DNA of 64,000 bases from Azonexus sp. (GCA_041917165.1 JAYRYB010000002.1:337327-401326); one strand, 5' to 3'; shown: positions 8,613-18,699, numbered from the stretch's first letter. Numbers and translations are program-made. Notes: a model not told the origin generated them from the letters alone.

Positions 8613-10964
8613 TCAGGATGGGGTAATTTCTCCGACCGGGAAGGAAAGGTAATAACCCTGCGCGTAATCGACACCAATCTCGGCAAGCAGCGCCAGCGTT
8701 TCAGCGTCGCCGACAAATTCGGCCACGGTCTTTTTGCCCAGCCCGCGGGCGACTTCGACGATGGCGCGGACGAACACCTGATCCTCGCGGTTACCCACCA
8801 GGCTACGGATGAACATGCCGTCGATCTTCAGCACATCGGCCGAAAGGTGCTTGAGGTAGGCAAAGGACGAGAAGCCGACGCCGAAATCGTCGAGGCAGAC
8901 GGTGCAGCCGAGGCGGCGCAGGTCGTCGATGAAGCGTTCGGAATCCTGAATATTGGCGAGGGCCGAGGTTTCGGTCAGTTCGATGATCAGGCGTTCCGGC
9001 GCGACGCCGTATTCAGCCAGCAGGCCGCTGATGACAGCGGCGAGCGTCGGGTCATCGAAAGAACGTGCGGAGATGTTGACTGCCAGTCCGGGCAAGGTCG
9101 GCATTGCCGCCAGCTTGCCGATGGCGGCACGGATCACCCAGCGGTCGATATCGACAATGCGCCCGGTGCGTTCCGCTGCCGGGATGAAGACGCCGGGGGC
9201 GATCAGTTGATCCGGATTGTCGGCATCGACCATCCGCACCAGCGCCTCGTAGTGCTTCACGTTGCGGCTGACGGTCTCATGCACGCCCTGAAAATGCAGG
9301 ACGAAGCGATTCTCGGCAAGCGCCGCCTGAATTTTTTCATTCCAGCCGAGCTGACTGAGCATGTGCGCTGATTCGTCCAGCTCCGGCCGGTAGAGTCGCC
9401 AGCAGTTCTTGCCACTGCGCTTGGCCTGGTACATCGCGGCATCGGCATGGGCGACCAGCGTTTCGGCATCCTGCGCATGATCGGGCAGCAGGGCAATGCC
9501 GAGGCTGATGGTGAGTGCGAAGCGCCGGCCGTCGAAATCGAAATGCAGGCCGGTCAGGGCGCGAACGACGCGCTCCGCCAGTGCCTGTGCCCCGGCCTGG
9601 TCGGCGCCGGGGGCGATGATGGCGAATTCATCGCCGCCTAGCCGTGCAAAGACCTCGTCACTACGTACCAGCCGGCCGACCGCATCGGCGGTGCGGACCA
9701 GCACGTTGTCGCCGGCCCGGTGGCCGAAGGTGTCGTTGATCGTCTTGAATTCGTCGAGGTCGAAATAGAGCAGCGCGCCACGTTGGCCCGGATCGCGCTG
9801 GGCGTGGCCGATCAGGCGCTCGAGTTCGGCATTGAAACGGCTTCGGTTTGCCAGCCCGGTCAAGGCATCGCGTTCCGCCATGAAGACCAGCCGTTCGGCG
9901 ATCTGCCTTTCGCTGGTGACGTCCTCGAAAATCCACAGCCGCCCGAGCGTACCGCCACCGGGGCTGGTCACCGGCACGCTCTGCTGGGTGATGAGGCGAC
10001 CCTCGGGCAACTGAAGTTCGCAGGGCGTGCCGTCGCCTTCGAACAGCTGCTTGCGGCTGTTCTCGCTCAGGCTTTCACCCAGCCAGCGGCGCAAATCAGC
10101 GACGGGCAGACTGGCGAGATGATGATCGAGGTCGACCGTCCACAGGCCGGCGAAGGCCGGGTTCAGATAGGCAAGCCGCTCGTCGGGATCAACGAAAACG
10201 AGGCCGAGGCGCATTGCCGACAACAGAGCATCCAGCCGGGCGCGTTCGGCGTCAATGGTGGTCGCCAGCAGGCGTTGTCGCGATTCGGCGTCCTGCAGTT
10301 CGTGCATTCGACGTTCCAGGCTGCCGGCCATCTGATTGAAGGCGGTGATGACCTCACCGATGTCGTCGTTGCTGCTACCCGCTACTAGCTGAAACGCTTC
10401 GCCGCTGGCCAGACGGTGACTCGCGTCGGAAAGCAGGGCGAGTCGCCGCGTCAGCCAGAGCGCAATACTGCCCAGCGCCAGCGAGGAGACCAGAACGCCG
10501 ACAATTGCCAGCGCGATGTTCTGCAGCAGGATCTCGCGGCGCGCCTCATCGAGGAAGCCCAGATCCATCCCGATGGCAAGATCGCCATAGCGCTGTTGCT
10601 CGAGGACGATTGGGATGCGGAATTCGTGCAGGTGCTCACCGTTGGCCATACGGTCGGCATTGGCCGAGGCAATGCGCTGGCCTTCGCCGTCGTACATCAC
10701 CAAGGCGCTGATTCCCTGCAGCTTTTGCGCATTGTCGAGGGTATCGCTGATCGCGGCGTAATCGCGTTGTGCCATGGCCGGCGCGATGGCGGCCTGCAAC
10801 AGGAGGCTGATTTCTGCTCGACGCAATTCGAACTGACGGACCAGATGCTCCTCGGTCAGGCGCTGGCTGTTCCAGACAATGGCCGAGATCATCACGATTT
10901 CGACGACGACCGTCAGCGCGATCAGCCGGCTCCGCAGCGAAGTGAATATGCGTGTAAGCATCAA
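8613..10964 (-). CDS. Membrane HAMP/PAS-GGDEF-EAL c-di-GMP signalling protein
   Basis: Two TM helices, HAMP, DALTGLANR, RLGGDEF, YEALVR, LDDFGVGFSS, VAEFV. Confidence 0.92.
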   Translation of the reverse strand: MMLTRIFTSLRSRLIALTVVVEIVMISAIVWNSQRLTEEHLVRQFELRRAEISLLLQAAIAPAMAQRDYAAISDTLDNAQKLQGISALVMYDGEGQRIASANADRMANGEHLHEFRIPIVLEQQRYGDLAIGMDLGFLDEARREILLQNIALAIVGVLVSSLALGSIALWLTRRLALLSDASHRLASGEAFQLVAGSSNDDIGEVITAFNQMAGSLERRMHELQDAESRQRLLATTIDAERARLDALLSAMRLGLVFVDPDERLAYLNPAFAGLWTVDLDHHLASLPVADLRRWLGESLSENSRKQLFEGDGTPCELQLPEGRLITQQSVPVTSPGGGTLGRLWIFEDVTSERQIAERLVFMAERDALTGLANRSRFNAELERLIGHAQRDPGQRGALLYFDLDEFKTINDTFGHRAGDNVLVRTADAVGRLVRSDEVFARLGGDEFAIIAPGADQAGAQALAERVVRALTGLHFDFDGRRFALTISLGIALLPDHAQDAETLVAHADAAMYQAKRSGKNCWRLYRPELDESAHMLSQLGWNEKIQAALAENRFVLHFQGVHETVSRNVKHYEALVRMVDADNPDQLIAPGVFIPAAERTGRIVDIDRWVIRAAIGKLAAMPTLPGLAVNISARSFDDPTLAAVISGLLAEYGVAPERLIIELTETSALANIQDSERFIDDLRRLGCTVCLDDFGVGFSSFAYLKHLSADVLKIDGMFIRSLVGNREDQVFVRAIVEVARGLGKKTVAEFVGDAETLALLAEIGVDYAQGYYLSFPVGEITPS

Positions 10965-11824
10965 CGCAGCACGGGCCCGAGCAGACGTCGGGTCTCCGGT
11001 AGCGCCCGATCGAGCAGGGCATTATCGACAGCCGTCGGTTCGCGAAAGCCTTCGTTGCGGGTCTTTTCGAAGAAGGCCTGGCCTTCGGTACTGCGCTCGA
11101 ACGCGAGCAAGGCCGCCTTGATCGCCTTCTGCCGGGCCTCGGGCAAGCGGTTGTGTGCGACATAAAACTGACCCGGAATCTGGGCCAGTTCACGCCATAT
11201 AACCGCATCCCGCTGCAGTTCGTTGGGGGCGAGCAGCAGGGCGGTCTGCGTGACCAGTGCGGCTGCGGCCTTGCCGGAAACGGCGCTATGCAACGCGCTG
11301 GCATGGCTGGGCGCCTCGACAAAACGGTAGTCCTTGTCTTCGCGCAGGCCAAGATCCGCCAAGGCGGCCGTTCCGACGATGACCAGCAGGGCGCTGCGGT
11401 CAGCGATGGCGATGGTTTTGCCGCGCAGGTCGTCGGCGCTGGCCAGCGGCTGCGCCCGAGCGGTGACGAGGACGCCGCGGATCGGTGCCTTGTGTGCCAG
11501 CAGGGCCTGGTAGCCGTACTCCCGGATCGCCAGTCGTGCGTAGTGCGGCGGCGCGATGGCCAGATCGAAATCGCCACTGACCAGCCTTTTGACGAAGGTA
11601 TCGAAATCGGGGGCGGTCTGGATCTGCACCGGCTGCTGCAGGTTGGCTTCGAGGCTGCGGGCCAGCGGCTGGTGAATGGCCAGCAGGTTGCGGGTGCTCA
11701 GGTAGGGGACGATGCCCAGTGTCAGGGCAGGGGCGTTGCGTTCGGCGTCGCTGGCGCGCGCCGGCCAGGCGGCAGCCAGAAGCATGCACAACAGTGCCCA
11801 GACCATTCCAGCCGAGAAACGCAT
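10961..11824 (-). CDS. PhnD/PtxB-like periplasmic substrate-binding protein
   Basis: Signal peptide; LTLGIVPY, DLRGKTIA motifs of the phosphonate-binding family. Confidence 0.8.
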   Translation of the reverse strand: MRFSAGMVWALLCMLLAAAWPARASDAERNAPALTLGIVPYLSTRNLLAIHQPLARSLEANLQQPVQIQTAPDFDTFVKRLVSGDFDLAIAPPHYARLAIREYGYQALLAHKAPIRGVLVTARAQPLASADDLRGKTIAIADRSALLVIVGTAALADLGLREDKDYRFVEAPSHASALHSAVSGKAAAALVTQTALLLAPNELQRDAVIWRELAQIPGQFYVAHNRLPEARQKAIKAALLAFERSTEGQAFFEKTRNEGFREPTAVDNALLDRALPETRRLLGPVLR

Positions 11825-11885
11825 CCGAACCCCCTCAAATTCAGTAGCTAATTCGGATTATAGACGCTGGCGCCGGGTCCGGGTC

Positions 11886-13793
11886 TCAGTCCGGCGAGGG
11901 CAAGGCGTCGAGGGCTTCGTGCAGGTCCAGCCAGCGCAGCTCCAGTTCGTCGATTTCATCGCCGAGGTTCGCCGCGTCCTTGTGCAGTTTTTCGCTCTTT
12001 TCACGGTCGACCGTAGCGTAGAACTCGGGATCGGCAAACTGCGCGTCCAGTGCTGCCTTGGCTGCCTGACATTGCGCCAGTCGCTGGTCGAGTTTCTCGA
12101 TTTCCCGCGTCAGCTTGCGCCGTTCGGCCAGCAGCGCCTGCCGGTTGGCCTTGGCTTCGGCGCGTTGTTGCAGGCGCTCCGCCTTTTCGGCCACGGCGTC
12201 GGGTTCCGGTGCCTTCTCGGCACTACGCTGCGCCGCCAGCCAGGCAGCGTAATCGTCGAGATCGCCATCGAAGGGCTCGGCCTTGCCGTCGGCGACCAGC
12301 AGCAGTTCGTCGGCGCAGGTGCGCAGCAGGTGACGGTCGTGCGACACGAAAACCATGCCGCCCTCGAAATCCTGTAGCGCGAAGGTCAGCGCCTCGCGCA
12401 TTTCCAGATCGAGGTGGTTGGTCGGTTCGTCGAGCAGCAGCAGATTGGGTTTGGTGCGAATGAGCAGTGCCAGCGCCAGCCGCGATTTTTCGCCGCCGGA
12501 AAAAGGCGCGACGGCACGGGTGGCCATATCGCCACGAAAATCGAAGCCGCCCAGATAGTCACGCAGCTCCTGTTCCGGCGTCAGCGGCTCCAGTCGCTGC
12601 AGGTGTTGCAGCGGAGACTCGTCCTCGCGCAGTTGTTCCAGTTGGTGCTGGGCAAAGTAGCCGATGTTCAGCGCCTTGGCTTCCTTGCGCTCGCCACCCT
12701 GCTGCGGGATGGCGGCGGCGAGCAGCTTGATCAGTGTCGACTTGCCGGCGCCATTGCGGCCAAGCAGGCCGATGCGGCAGCCGGGGCGCAGGGTCATGCC
12801 GATTTTGGCGAGAATTTCGCGTTCACCGTAGCCGACGCTGGCGCCCTCGATCACCAGCAGCGGATCGGGCAGGGCGGTCGGTTCGCGGAAGCTAAAATGG
12901 AAGGGTGAGTCCACATGGGCGGCAGCGACGATTTCCATGCGTTCGAGCATCTTGACCCGGCTCTGTGCCTGCCGCGCCTTGGTCGCCTTGGCCTTGAAGC
13001 GCTCGACGAAGCGTGTCAGGTGGGCGATCTCGCGCTGCTGCGCTTCAAAAGCCGCCTGCTGCGTTGCCAGTCGTGCCGCCTTGGCACGCTCGTAGTCGGA
13101 GTAGCCGCCGCTGGTCAGGTTCAGGCGCTGCTGGTCGATGGCGATGATCTGGCCGACGACGGCGTCGAGAAAATCGCGGTCGTGCGAGATCAGCAGCAGC
13201 GTTGCCGGCGTGCTTTTCAGCCATTGCTCCAGCCAGAGCACGGCATCCAGATCGAGGTGGTTGGTCGGTTCGTCGAGCAGCAGCAGGTCGGCACGGCACG
13301 ACAGGGCGCGGGCGAGGTTCAGGCGTACCCGCCAGCCGCCGGAAAAATCGGCGACCGGTCGGGAAAAGTCGGCGTCGGTGAAACCCAGGCCGTGCAGTAC
13401 CTCGGCAACTCGGGCCTTGGCCGAATAGCCGCCGATTTCGCCATAACGGGCGTGCAGGTGGCCAATGGCTTCGCCGTCGCCCCTGGCTTCGGCCTCCGCC
13501 AGTTCGCGTTCGACCCGGCGCAGTTCGCTGTCGCCGTCGAGCACGAAATCAAGCGCGCTGTCGGGCAGGGCCGGCGTTTCCTGTGCGACGCGGGCGATTT
13601 GCCAGCTGACCGGCAGTTCAACATCGCCGGACTCGGCGTGCAGTTCGCCGCCGAGCAGTGCGAACAGGCTGGACTTGCCGCAGCCGTTGGCGCCGACGAC
13701 GCCGACCTTCCATCCGGCATGCAGCTGAACAGAAGCGTCGACGACCAGCGGACGGCCGGCACGGGCGAAAGTGACTTGACGTAGGGCGATCAT
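11886..13793 (-). CDS. ABC-F ATPase (YheS-like)
   Basis: Two NBDs (GANGCGKS/FSGGW, GRNGAGKS/FSGGE), LLLDEPTNHLD twice, KATKARQAQSR linker, no TM segments. Confidence 0.92.
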   Translation of the reverse strand: MIALRQVTFARAGRPLVVDASVQLHAGWKVGVVGANGCGKSSLFALLGGELHAESGDVELPVSWQIARVAQETPALPDSALDFVLDGDSELRRVERELAEAEARGDGEAIGHLHARYGEIGGYSAKARVAEVLHGLGFTDADFSRPVADFSGGWRVRLNLARALSCRADLLLLDEPTNHLDLDAVLWLEQWLKSTPATLLLISHDRDFLDAVVGQIIAIDQQRLNLTSGGYSDYERAKAARLATQQAAFEAQQREIAHLTRFVERFKAKATKARQAQSRVKMLERMEIVAAAHVDSPFHFSFREPTALPDPLLVIEGASVGYGEREILAKIGMTLRPGCRIGLLGRNGAGKSTLIKLLAAAIPQQGGERKEAKALNIGYFAQHQLEQLREDESPLQHLQRLEPLTPEQELRDYLGGFDFRGDMATRAVAPFSGGEKSRLALALLIRTKPNLLLLDEPTNHLDLEMREALTFALQDFEGGMVFVSHDRHLLRTCADELLLVADGKAEPFDGDLDDYAAWLAAQRSAEKAPEPDAVAEKAERLQQRAEAKANRQALLAERRKLTREIEKLDQRLAQCQAAKAALDAQFADPEFYATVDREKSEKLHKDAANLGDEIDELELRWLDLHEALDALPSPD

Positions 13794-13848
13794 GGGCAGG
13801 CTACCGGGAAGGGGGCAAATTATAGCGGTGGCCTGCTAGAATCCCCGC

Positions 13849-15054
13849 ATGATCAAGCAGATTCGCACCGAACAACTCCTGCCGGGCATGTACATCCACG
13901 ATCTCAATTGTGGCTGGCTTGATCATCCTTTCATGACGAATGCCTTTGCCGTGCGCGATCAGGCGACGGTGGACAAGATCATTTCGCTGGGCATCCGCGA
14001 AGTCTACATCGATACCCTCAAGGGCGCCGACGTCTGGCTGGCGCGGCCGCAGGCCGACGTCAATGCGGAAATGGAGCGCCGCCTGCAGGAGATCGCGACC
14101 AAGCAGACCGACAAGCCGGTCATTGTCGACCTCAAGGACGAGACGGCACGTGCCCGGCGACTGCACGGCGAGGCCAACAAGATTGTTCGGGTGATGATGG
14201 ACGATATCCGGCTCGGCCAGCAGGTGCGCATTGAGCGTATCGAGCCACTGGTCGACAGCATGGTCGAGTCGATTTTCCGCAATCAGGACGCACTGCTGCC
14301 GCTCGCTCGTCTCAAAAACCACGATGACTACACCTTCGAGCATTGCGTAGGGGTCTGTGCGCTGCTCGTTGCTTTTGGTCGCGCGCAAAACATGCCCAAG
14401 GACGAGATCCGCCAGCTCGCGCTGGGGGGCTTGCTGCACGATATCGGCAAGGCGAAGATTCCGGACAGTATCCTTAACAAGCCGGCTAAGCTGACTGACG
14501 ACGAATTCGCCCGGATGAAAGACCATGTTGCAGCCGGCTTCAACCAACTCAAGGAGACGCCGGGCATCGGGCCGATTGCGCTGCGTGTTGTCGCCGAGCA
14601 TCACGAACGCTTCGACGGCACCGGCTATCCCCGCAAGCTCACTGGCGAGAAGATCTCGCTGCACGGCCAGATGGCGGCCATCGTCGATGTCTATGACGCC
14701 ATTTCTTCCGAGCGCGTCTATCACAAGGGCATGTCGCCGACCCAGGCGCTGAAGAAGCTGCTGGAGTGGAGCGACCACCACTTTGATCCCAAGCTGGTGC
14801 AGTCGTTCGTCCGCGCCATCGGCATCTATCCGACCGGGACGCTGGTGCGGCTGGAGAGCAATCGCATGGGCGTGGTTATCGAGCAGAACGAAGGCAAACT
14901 GCTGGAGCCGGTGGTGCGGGTCTTCTATCACGCCGTCAAGCAACATTACGTCCCGCCGGAAATCGTCGATCTGTCCAAGGTGCCGGATCGCATCGCCAGC
15001 TTCGAGAATTACGACAAATGGAAAATCGATCCCTATCAGTGGTTGCCCTCCTGA
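13849..15054 (+). CDS. HD-GYP phosphodiesterase with DUF3391-like N-terminus
   Basis: LLPGMYI N-terminus, YTFEH, LLHDIGK, HHERFDGTGYP. Confidence 0.9.
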   Translation: MIKQIRTEQLLPGMYIHDLNCGWLDHPFMTNAFAVRDQATVDKIISLGIREVYIDTLKGADVWLARPQADVNAEMERRLQEIATKQTDKPVIVDLKDETARARRLHGEANKIVRVMMDDIRLGQQVRIERIEPLVDSMVESIFRNQDALLPLARLKNHDDYTFEHCVGVCALLVAFGRAQNMPKDEIRQLALGGLLHDIGKAKIPDSILNKPAKLTDDEFARMKDHVAAGFNQLKETPGIGPIALRVVAEHHERFDGTGYPRKLTGEKISLHGQMAAIVDVYDAISSERVYHKGMSPTQALKKLLEWSDHHFDPKLVQSFVRAIGIYPTGTLVRLESNRMGVVIEQNEGKLLEPVVRVFYHAVKQHYVPPEIVDLSKVPDRIASFENYDKWKIDPYQWLPS

Positions 15055-15623
15055 GCGGTCTGCTGCTGATGCCGCTGCCGGCGCTGGCCGACAATGGCCC
15101 CGACGCGCAGCAGACGGCGGACTGGACGCAGCGGCTGGAGCGGGCGGGCGAACTGCAGCGCGAAGGCCGGCGCCTGCAGGAAGCCGCTGATCAGGCGTTT
15201 GAGGCGGAAAGCAAAGCCTGTTTCAGCCGATTTCAGGTCACTGCCTGCCAACAGGCGGCAAAAAAGACGCACGTTGCAGCGACCCGAGAGGCGCGCAAGC
15301 TGGAAAACGAAGGCTCCGCACTTGAGCGCACGGTGAAGAAGGAGCAGCAGGCCGACAAGGCAGCCCGCCGCGAAGCCGATGCCCCGCGTCGTGAAGCAGA
15401 ACTGAAGGCGCGCGAAGCGGAGACCGCGGAGGCGCGTGCCGCGGCCAGCCAGAATGCCGAGGCCCGGCAGGCCGACAAGGCCCGTCAGGCGGAAGAGGGC
15501 GCCCGCCGCAAGGCAGCCGATGCCGAGCGCCAGCGCAAGAAACGCGAAGAGCACGAAGCCAAAGTCGCACGGCGGATGGCCGAAGCCGAACGGCGTGCTG
15601 CCGGCGAAGCCAAGAAGCCCTGA
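15018..15623 (+). CDS. Exported coiled-coil hypothetical protein
   Basis: Signal peptide, C-x7-C motif (CFSRFQVTAC), long Ala/Glu/Arg/Lys-rich helix. Confidence 0.7.
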   Translation: MENRSLSVVALLSGLLLMPLPALADNGPDAQQTADWTQRLERAGELQREGRRLQEAADQAFEAESKACFSRFQVTACQQAAKKTHVAATREARKLENEGSALERTVKKEQQADKAARREADAPRREAELKAREAETAEARAAASQNAEARQADKARQAEEGARRKAADAERQRKKREEHEAKVARRMAEAERRAAGEAKKP

Positions 15624-15635
15624 GTCGAGCACGGC

Positions 15636-16850
15636 GTGATCCGCAAGATTCCGCTTGCCGAATTGCTGCCCGAGATGTTCGTCGTCGACCTGCACAAACC
15701 GTGGATCGAGCATGCCATCTGGCGTTCCCGATTCCGGGTTCGCGACGAAGCGCATATCCGCAAGTTGCGTGAGGCCGGCATCGTCGAAGTCAGCATCGAC
15801 ACCGATCAGGGTATCGACCTGCCGCCACCGCCGATGTCCCGTCTGCACGATGTCGAGCAGCGTTTTTACCGGCTGGCCGAACGGCCGCGCCCGCAGGCGC
15901 CGCGCAAGGTTTCGCTGGGCGAGGAGCGGCGCCGCGCCGGTCGCCTGCTGGCGGAAGCCAACGATAATCTGACTGAACTGATGTTCGCCGCCCGCGCCGG
16001 GCGTCAGGTCGAGGCCGGCCGGCTGGAGCCGGTGGTCGGCAAGATGATCGAATCGGTGCTGCGCAATCCCGATGCGCTGGTGCCGCTGGCCCGCCTCAAG
16101 CAACTCGACGCCTATGCCACCGAACATGCCGTCGCGACGACGGCGTTGATCATAGCCCTCGGCCACCAGCAGCACCTCACGGCTGCCGAGCTCGAAAAGC
16201 TGGCCATGGGCACCTTGCTCAAGGATGTCGGCCATGCCTCGATCGATGCCCGGCTGACCAGCAAACCGGGCATGCTTTCGCGGGATGAATATTCCTTGGT
16301 CCAGAGCCACGTCGAGGAAGGACTGGCCGTGCTGGAAGCGACCGCCCGGCTGCCGGAAATGTCGGTCGCGGTCGTCCTCGAACACCACGAGCGCTACAAC
16401 GGCTGCGGCTATCCCTATCGCATGGCCGGTGACGAGATCTCGCTGGCCGGCCGTATGGCGGCGATTGTCGACACCTATGACGCGATGACCTCCGACCGAC
16501 CCTACCGCGCAGCCCTGTCGCCGGCACAAGCGTTACGCCAGCTCTACGACCAGGGGGGTACCCAGTTCGATCCGGCGCTGGTTGCCGCCTTTGTCCGCAC
16601 GGTCGGCGTTTATCCGGTCGGTACCCTGGTCATGCTTGAAAGCGGCCATCTGGCGGTGGTCGAGGAACTGCACCCCGAGCAACTGCTGCAGCCGGTGGTG
16701 CGGGTCATCTACCACGCCGGCCGGCGCCAGTATGTCGCGCCGGTGCGTGTCGATCTCGCGCGCAAGGTCGGCAACCACTACGGCCAGATCAAGCGCGCCG
16801 AAACCTACGAACGCTGGGGCCTCAGTCCGCAGCGCTGGCAACCCGCCTGA
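15636..16850 (+). CDS. HD-GYP domain protein with degenerate HD motif
   Basis: Paralogue of 13849-15054; LLKDVGH in place of LLHDIGK; HHERYNGCGYP retained. Confidence 0.88.
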   Translation: MIRKIPLAELLPEMFVVDLHKPWIEHAIWRSRFRVRDEAHIRKLREAGIVEVSIDTDQGIDLPPPPMSRLHDVEQRFYRLAERPRPQAPRKVSLGEERRRAGRLLAEANDNLTELMFAARAGRQVEAGRLEPVVGKMIESVLRNPDALVPLARLKQLDAYATEHAVATTALIIALGHQQHLTAAELEKLAMGTLLKDVGHASIDARLTSKPGMLSRDEYSLVQSHVEEGLAVLEATARLPEMSVAVVLEHHERYNGCGYPYRMAGDEISLAGRMAAIVDTYDAMTSDRPYRAALSPAQALRQLYDQGGTQFDPALVAAFVRTVGVYPVGTLVMLESGHLAVVEELHPEQLLQPVVRVIYHAGRRQYVAPVRVDLARKVGNHYGQIKRAETYERWGLSPQRWQPA

Positions 16851-17853
16851 TCAGCTTGCGGATCGGCGTCGGAACGCCGGCGTCGGCGGCATCCGCCAGC
16901 GGCAGCCACTGCCAGCCGGCTTCCTGACAAGCCATCCCCGGTGCCACCCGGCACAGTACCGGCAGCAAGGTCAGGCGGAAGTGGGTGAAGGCATGTTTCA
17001 GCGGCGGTAGCGTTTCGGTACTGAGCGCGGTCATCCCGAGCTGGCCCAGAATCGTCTCCGGGTCACCCTCCGGCGGCACCAGCAGTCCGCCCCATAGTCC
17101 GCTGTCGGGACGACGCGCCAATAACAGGCGTTCACCGTCGGTGATGAAAACAAATTGGCTGCTGCGCGTTGGCACACTGGCGCGTGGCCGCGCCTCTGGC
17201 AGCGTCGCCTGCCGTCCATCGCGCCGGGCGATGCAGCCGCTCGCCAGCGGGCAGTGTTCGCATTTGGGCCGGTTGCGCGTGCATACCGTTGCGCCCAGGT
17301 CCATCAAACCCTGTGTGTAGGCTTCGATATCGCCTTCCGGCAGCAGGGCGTCGGCCAAGGCCCACAGCTTGCGCTCGACCGCGGCCGCACCAGGAAAGCC
17401 TTCAATCCCGTAAAACCGGCACAGCACACGCTTGACGTTGCCGTCCAGAATCGCCACCCGCTCCCCGGCGCTGAAGGCAGCGATGGCCGCTGCCGTCGAG
17501 CGGCCGATCCCCGGCAGTTCGGCGAGGATCGCCGCCGATTTCGGGAAGTCTTCGGCGTAGACCGCAGCAACCGTCTGCGCGCAGCGATGCAGATTGCGGG
17601 CACGGGCGTAGTAACCCAGGCCGGCCCAATGGGCCAGCACCGCCTCGACCGGCGCCCGCGCCAGCGTGCCCACATCGGGGAAAGAGGCGAGAAAGCGGGT
17701 GTAATACGGGATCACTGTCGCCACTTGCGTCTGCTGCAACATGATCTCCGAAAGCCAGATCCGGTAAGGATCGCGGGTATTCTGCCAGGGCAGGTCATGG
17801 CGACCGGCCTGTTTCTGCCAGGCGATCAAGGGGGCGGCGAACGGGACATCCAT
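16822..17853 (-). CDS. mutY: A/G-specific adenine glycosylase
   Basis: WLSEIMLQQTQV, WAGLGYYARARNL, HhH LPGIGRSTA, 4Fe-4S C-x6-C-x2-C-x5-C. Confidence 0.96.
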   Translation of the reverse strand: MDVPFAAPLIAWQKQAGRHDLPWQNTRDPYRIWLSEIMLQQTQVATVIPYYTRFLASFPDVGTLARAPVEAVLAHWAGLGYYARARNLHRCAQTVAAVYAEDFPKSAAILAELPGIGRSTAAAIAAFSAGERVAILDGNVKRVLCRFYGIEGFPGAAAVERKLWALADALLPEGDIEAYTQGLMDLGATVCTRNRPKCEHCPLASGCIARRDGRQATLPEARPRASVPTRSSQFVFITDGERLLLARRPDSGLWGGLLVPPEGDPETILGQLGMTALSTETLPPLKHAFTHFRLTLLPVLCRVAPGMACQEAGWQWLPLADAADAGVPTPIRKLIRRVASAAD

Positions 17854-17923
17854 GCTCAAAATCTGCCTCGACGGGGGGCTTGGGAGCACGGATAATACGA
17901 CTTTTCAATAAAAACAACGCCCG

Positions 17924-18415
17924 ATGACCCAACCCCAGACAGACACCCGCGCGCTGCGCAACGCGCTCGGACGCTTCGCCACCGGCGTCGCCATCGTCAC
18001 GGCCATCGACCCCGACGGCCAGCCGGTCGGGCTCACCGTCAATTCCTTTTCTGCCGTCTCGCTCGATCCGGCCCTGGTGCTCTGGTGCCTCGACAACAAC
18101 TCGCACAACCTTGCGGCTTTTCGCAAGGCCAGTCACCACGCCATCAACATCCTGGCTGCCAACCAGCAGGAACTCTCCAACCGCTTTGCCACCTGGCCAG
18201 CCGACCGCTTTGCCGGCCTGCCCTGGCAAACCGGTATCGGCGGCGCACCGGTTTTTCCCGGTTGCTGTGCCACCTTTGAAGTCGCCAACGAAACCGCTCA
18301 TGCCGGCGGCGATCACACCATTTTTGTCGGCCGGGTCGAACGCTTCGGCGAGCGGGTCGACCTTGCTCCGCTGCTCTTTCACGCTGGCCAGTACCGGGCA
18401 CTGGCGGAAAGCTGA
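17924..18415 (+). CDS. Flavin reductase family protein
   Basis: LRNALGRFATGV, GLTVNSFSAVSLDP, GGDHTIFVG. Confidence 0.92.
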   Translation: MTQPQTDTRALRNALGRFATGVAIVTAIDPDGQPVGLTVNSFSAVSLDPALVLWCLDNNSHNLAAFRKASHHAINILAANQQELSNRFATWPADRFAGLPWQTGIGGAPVFPGCCATFEVANETAHAGGDHTIFVGRVERFGERVDLAPLLFHAGQYRALAES

Positions 18416-18420
18416 TTGCA

Positions 18421-18449
18421 TTGAACTGGCTGCGTTCTGCGCTTAGAAT
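18421..18449 (+). promoter_or_regulatory. sigma70 promoter of tRNA-Gly
   Basis: TTGAAC-17 bp-TAGAAT ending 19 bp upstream of the tRNA. Confidence 0.6.
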
Positions 18450-18467
18450 GCAGCCTTCGTGCCCAGA

Positions 18468-18541
18468 GCGGGCGTCGTATAATGGTAATACCTCAGCTTC
18501 CCAAGCTGATGCCGAGGGTTCGATTCCCTTCGCCCGCTCCA
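18468..18541 (+). tRNA. tRNA-Gly (CCC)
   Basis: Acceptor stem GCGGGCG/CGCCCGC, anticodon arm TCAGC-TTCCCAA-GCTGA, T-loop GGTTCGATTCC, encoded CCA; 74 nt. Confidence 0.97.
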
Positions 18542-18571
18542 CCTGATTTCATTCAGGTCATTGATCTGAAA

Positions 18572-18642
18572 TGTGCCGTTAAGCATAATGTGTCCGCCCG
18601 GACAGCTTATGCTTTATTTTCCGATAGGACACATTTTGCTTT
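18572..18642. repeat. tRNA-proximal transposon end with three TnsB-type sites
   Basis: AAGCATAATGTGTCC 18581-18595 (reverse), GGACAGCTTATGCTTT 18600-18615, GGACACATTTTGCTTT 18627-18642. Confidence 0.85.
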
Positions 18643-18699
18643 ATCGGAAATTTGTGGCTGACAAGACAAGGTTTTTTCAAGGCGCCAATCGCTAGGCGT

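Noticed and set aside
18144-18542. ORF beginning MERAKGIEPSASAWEAEVLPLY
   Set aside because: Antisense translation of the tRNA-Gly gene
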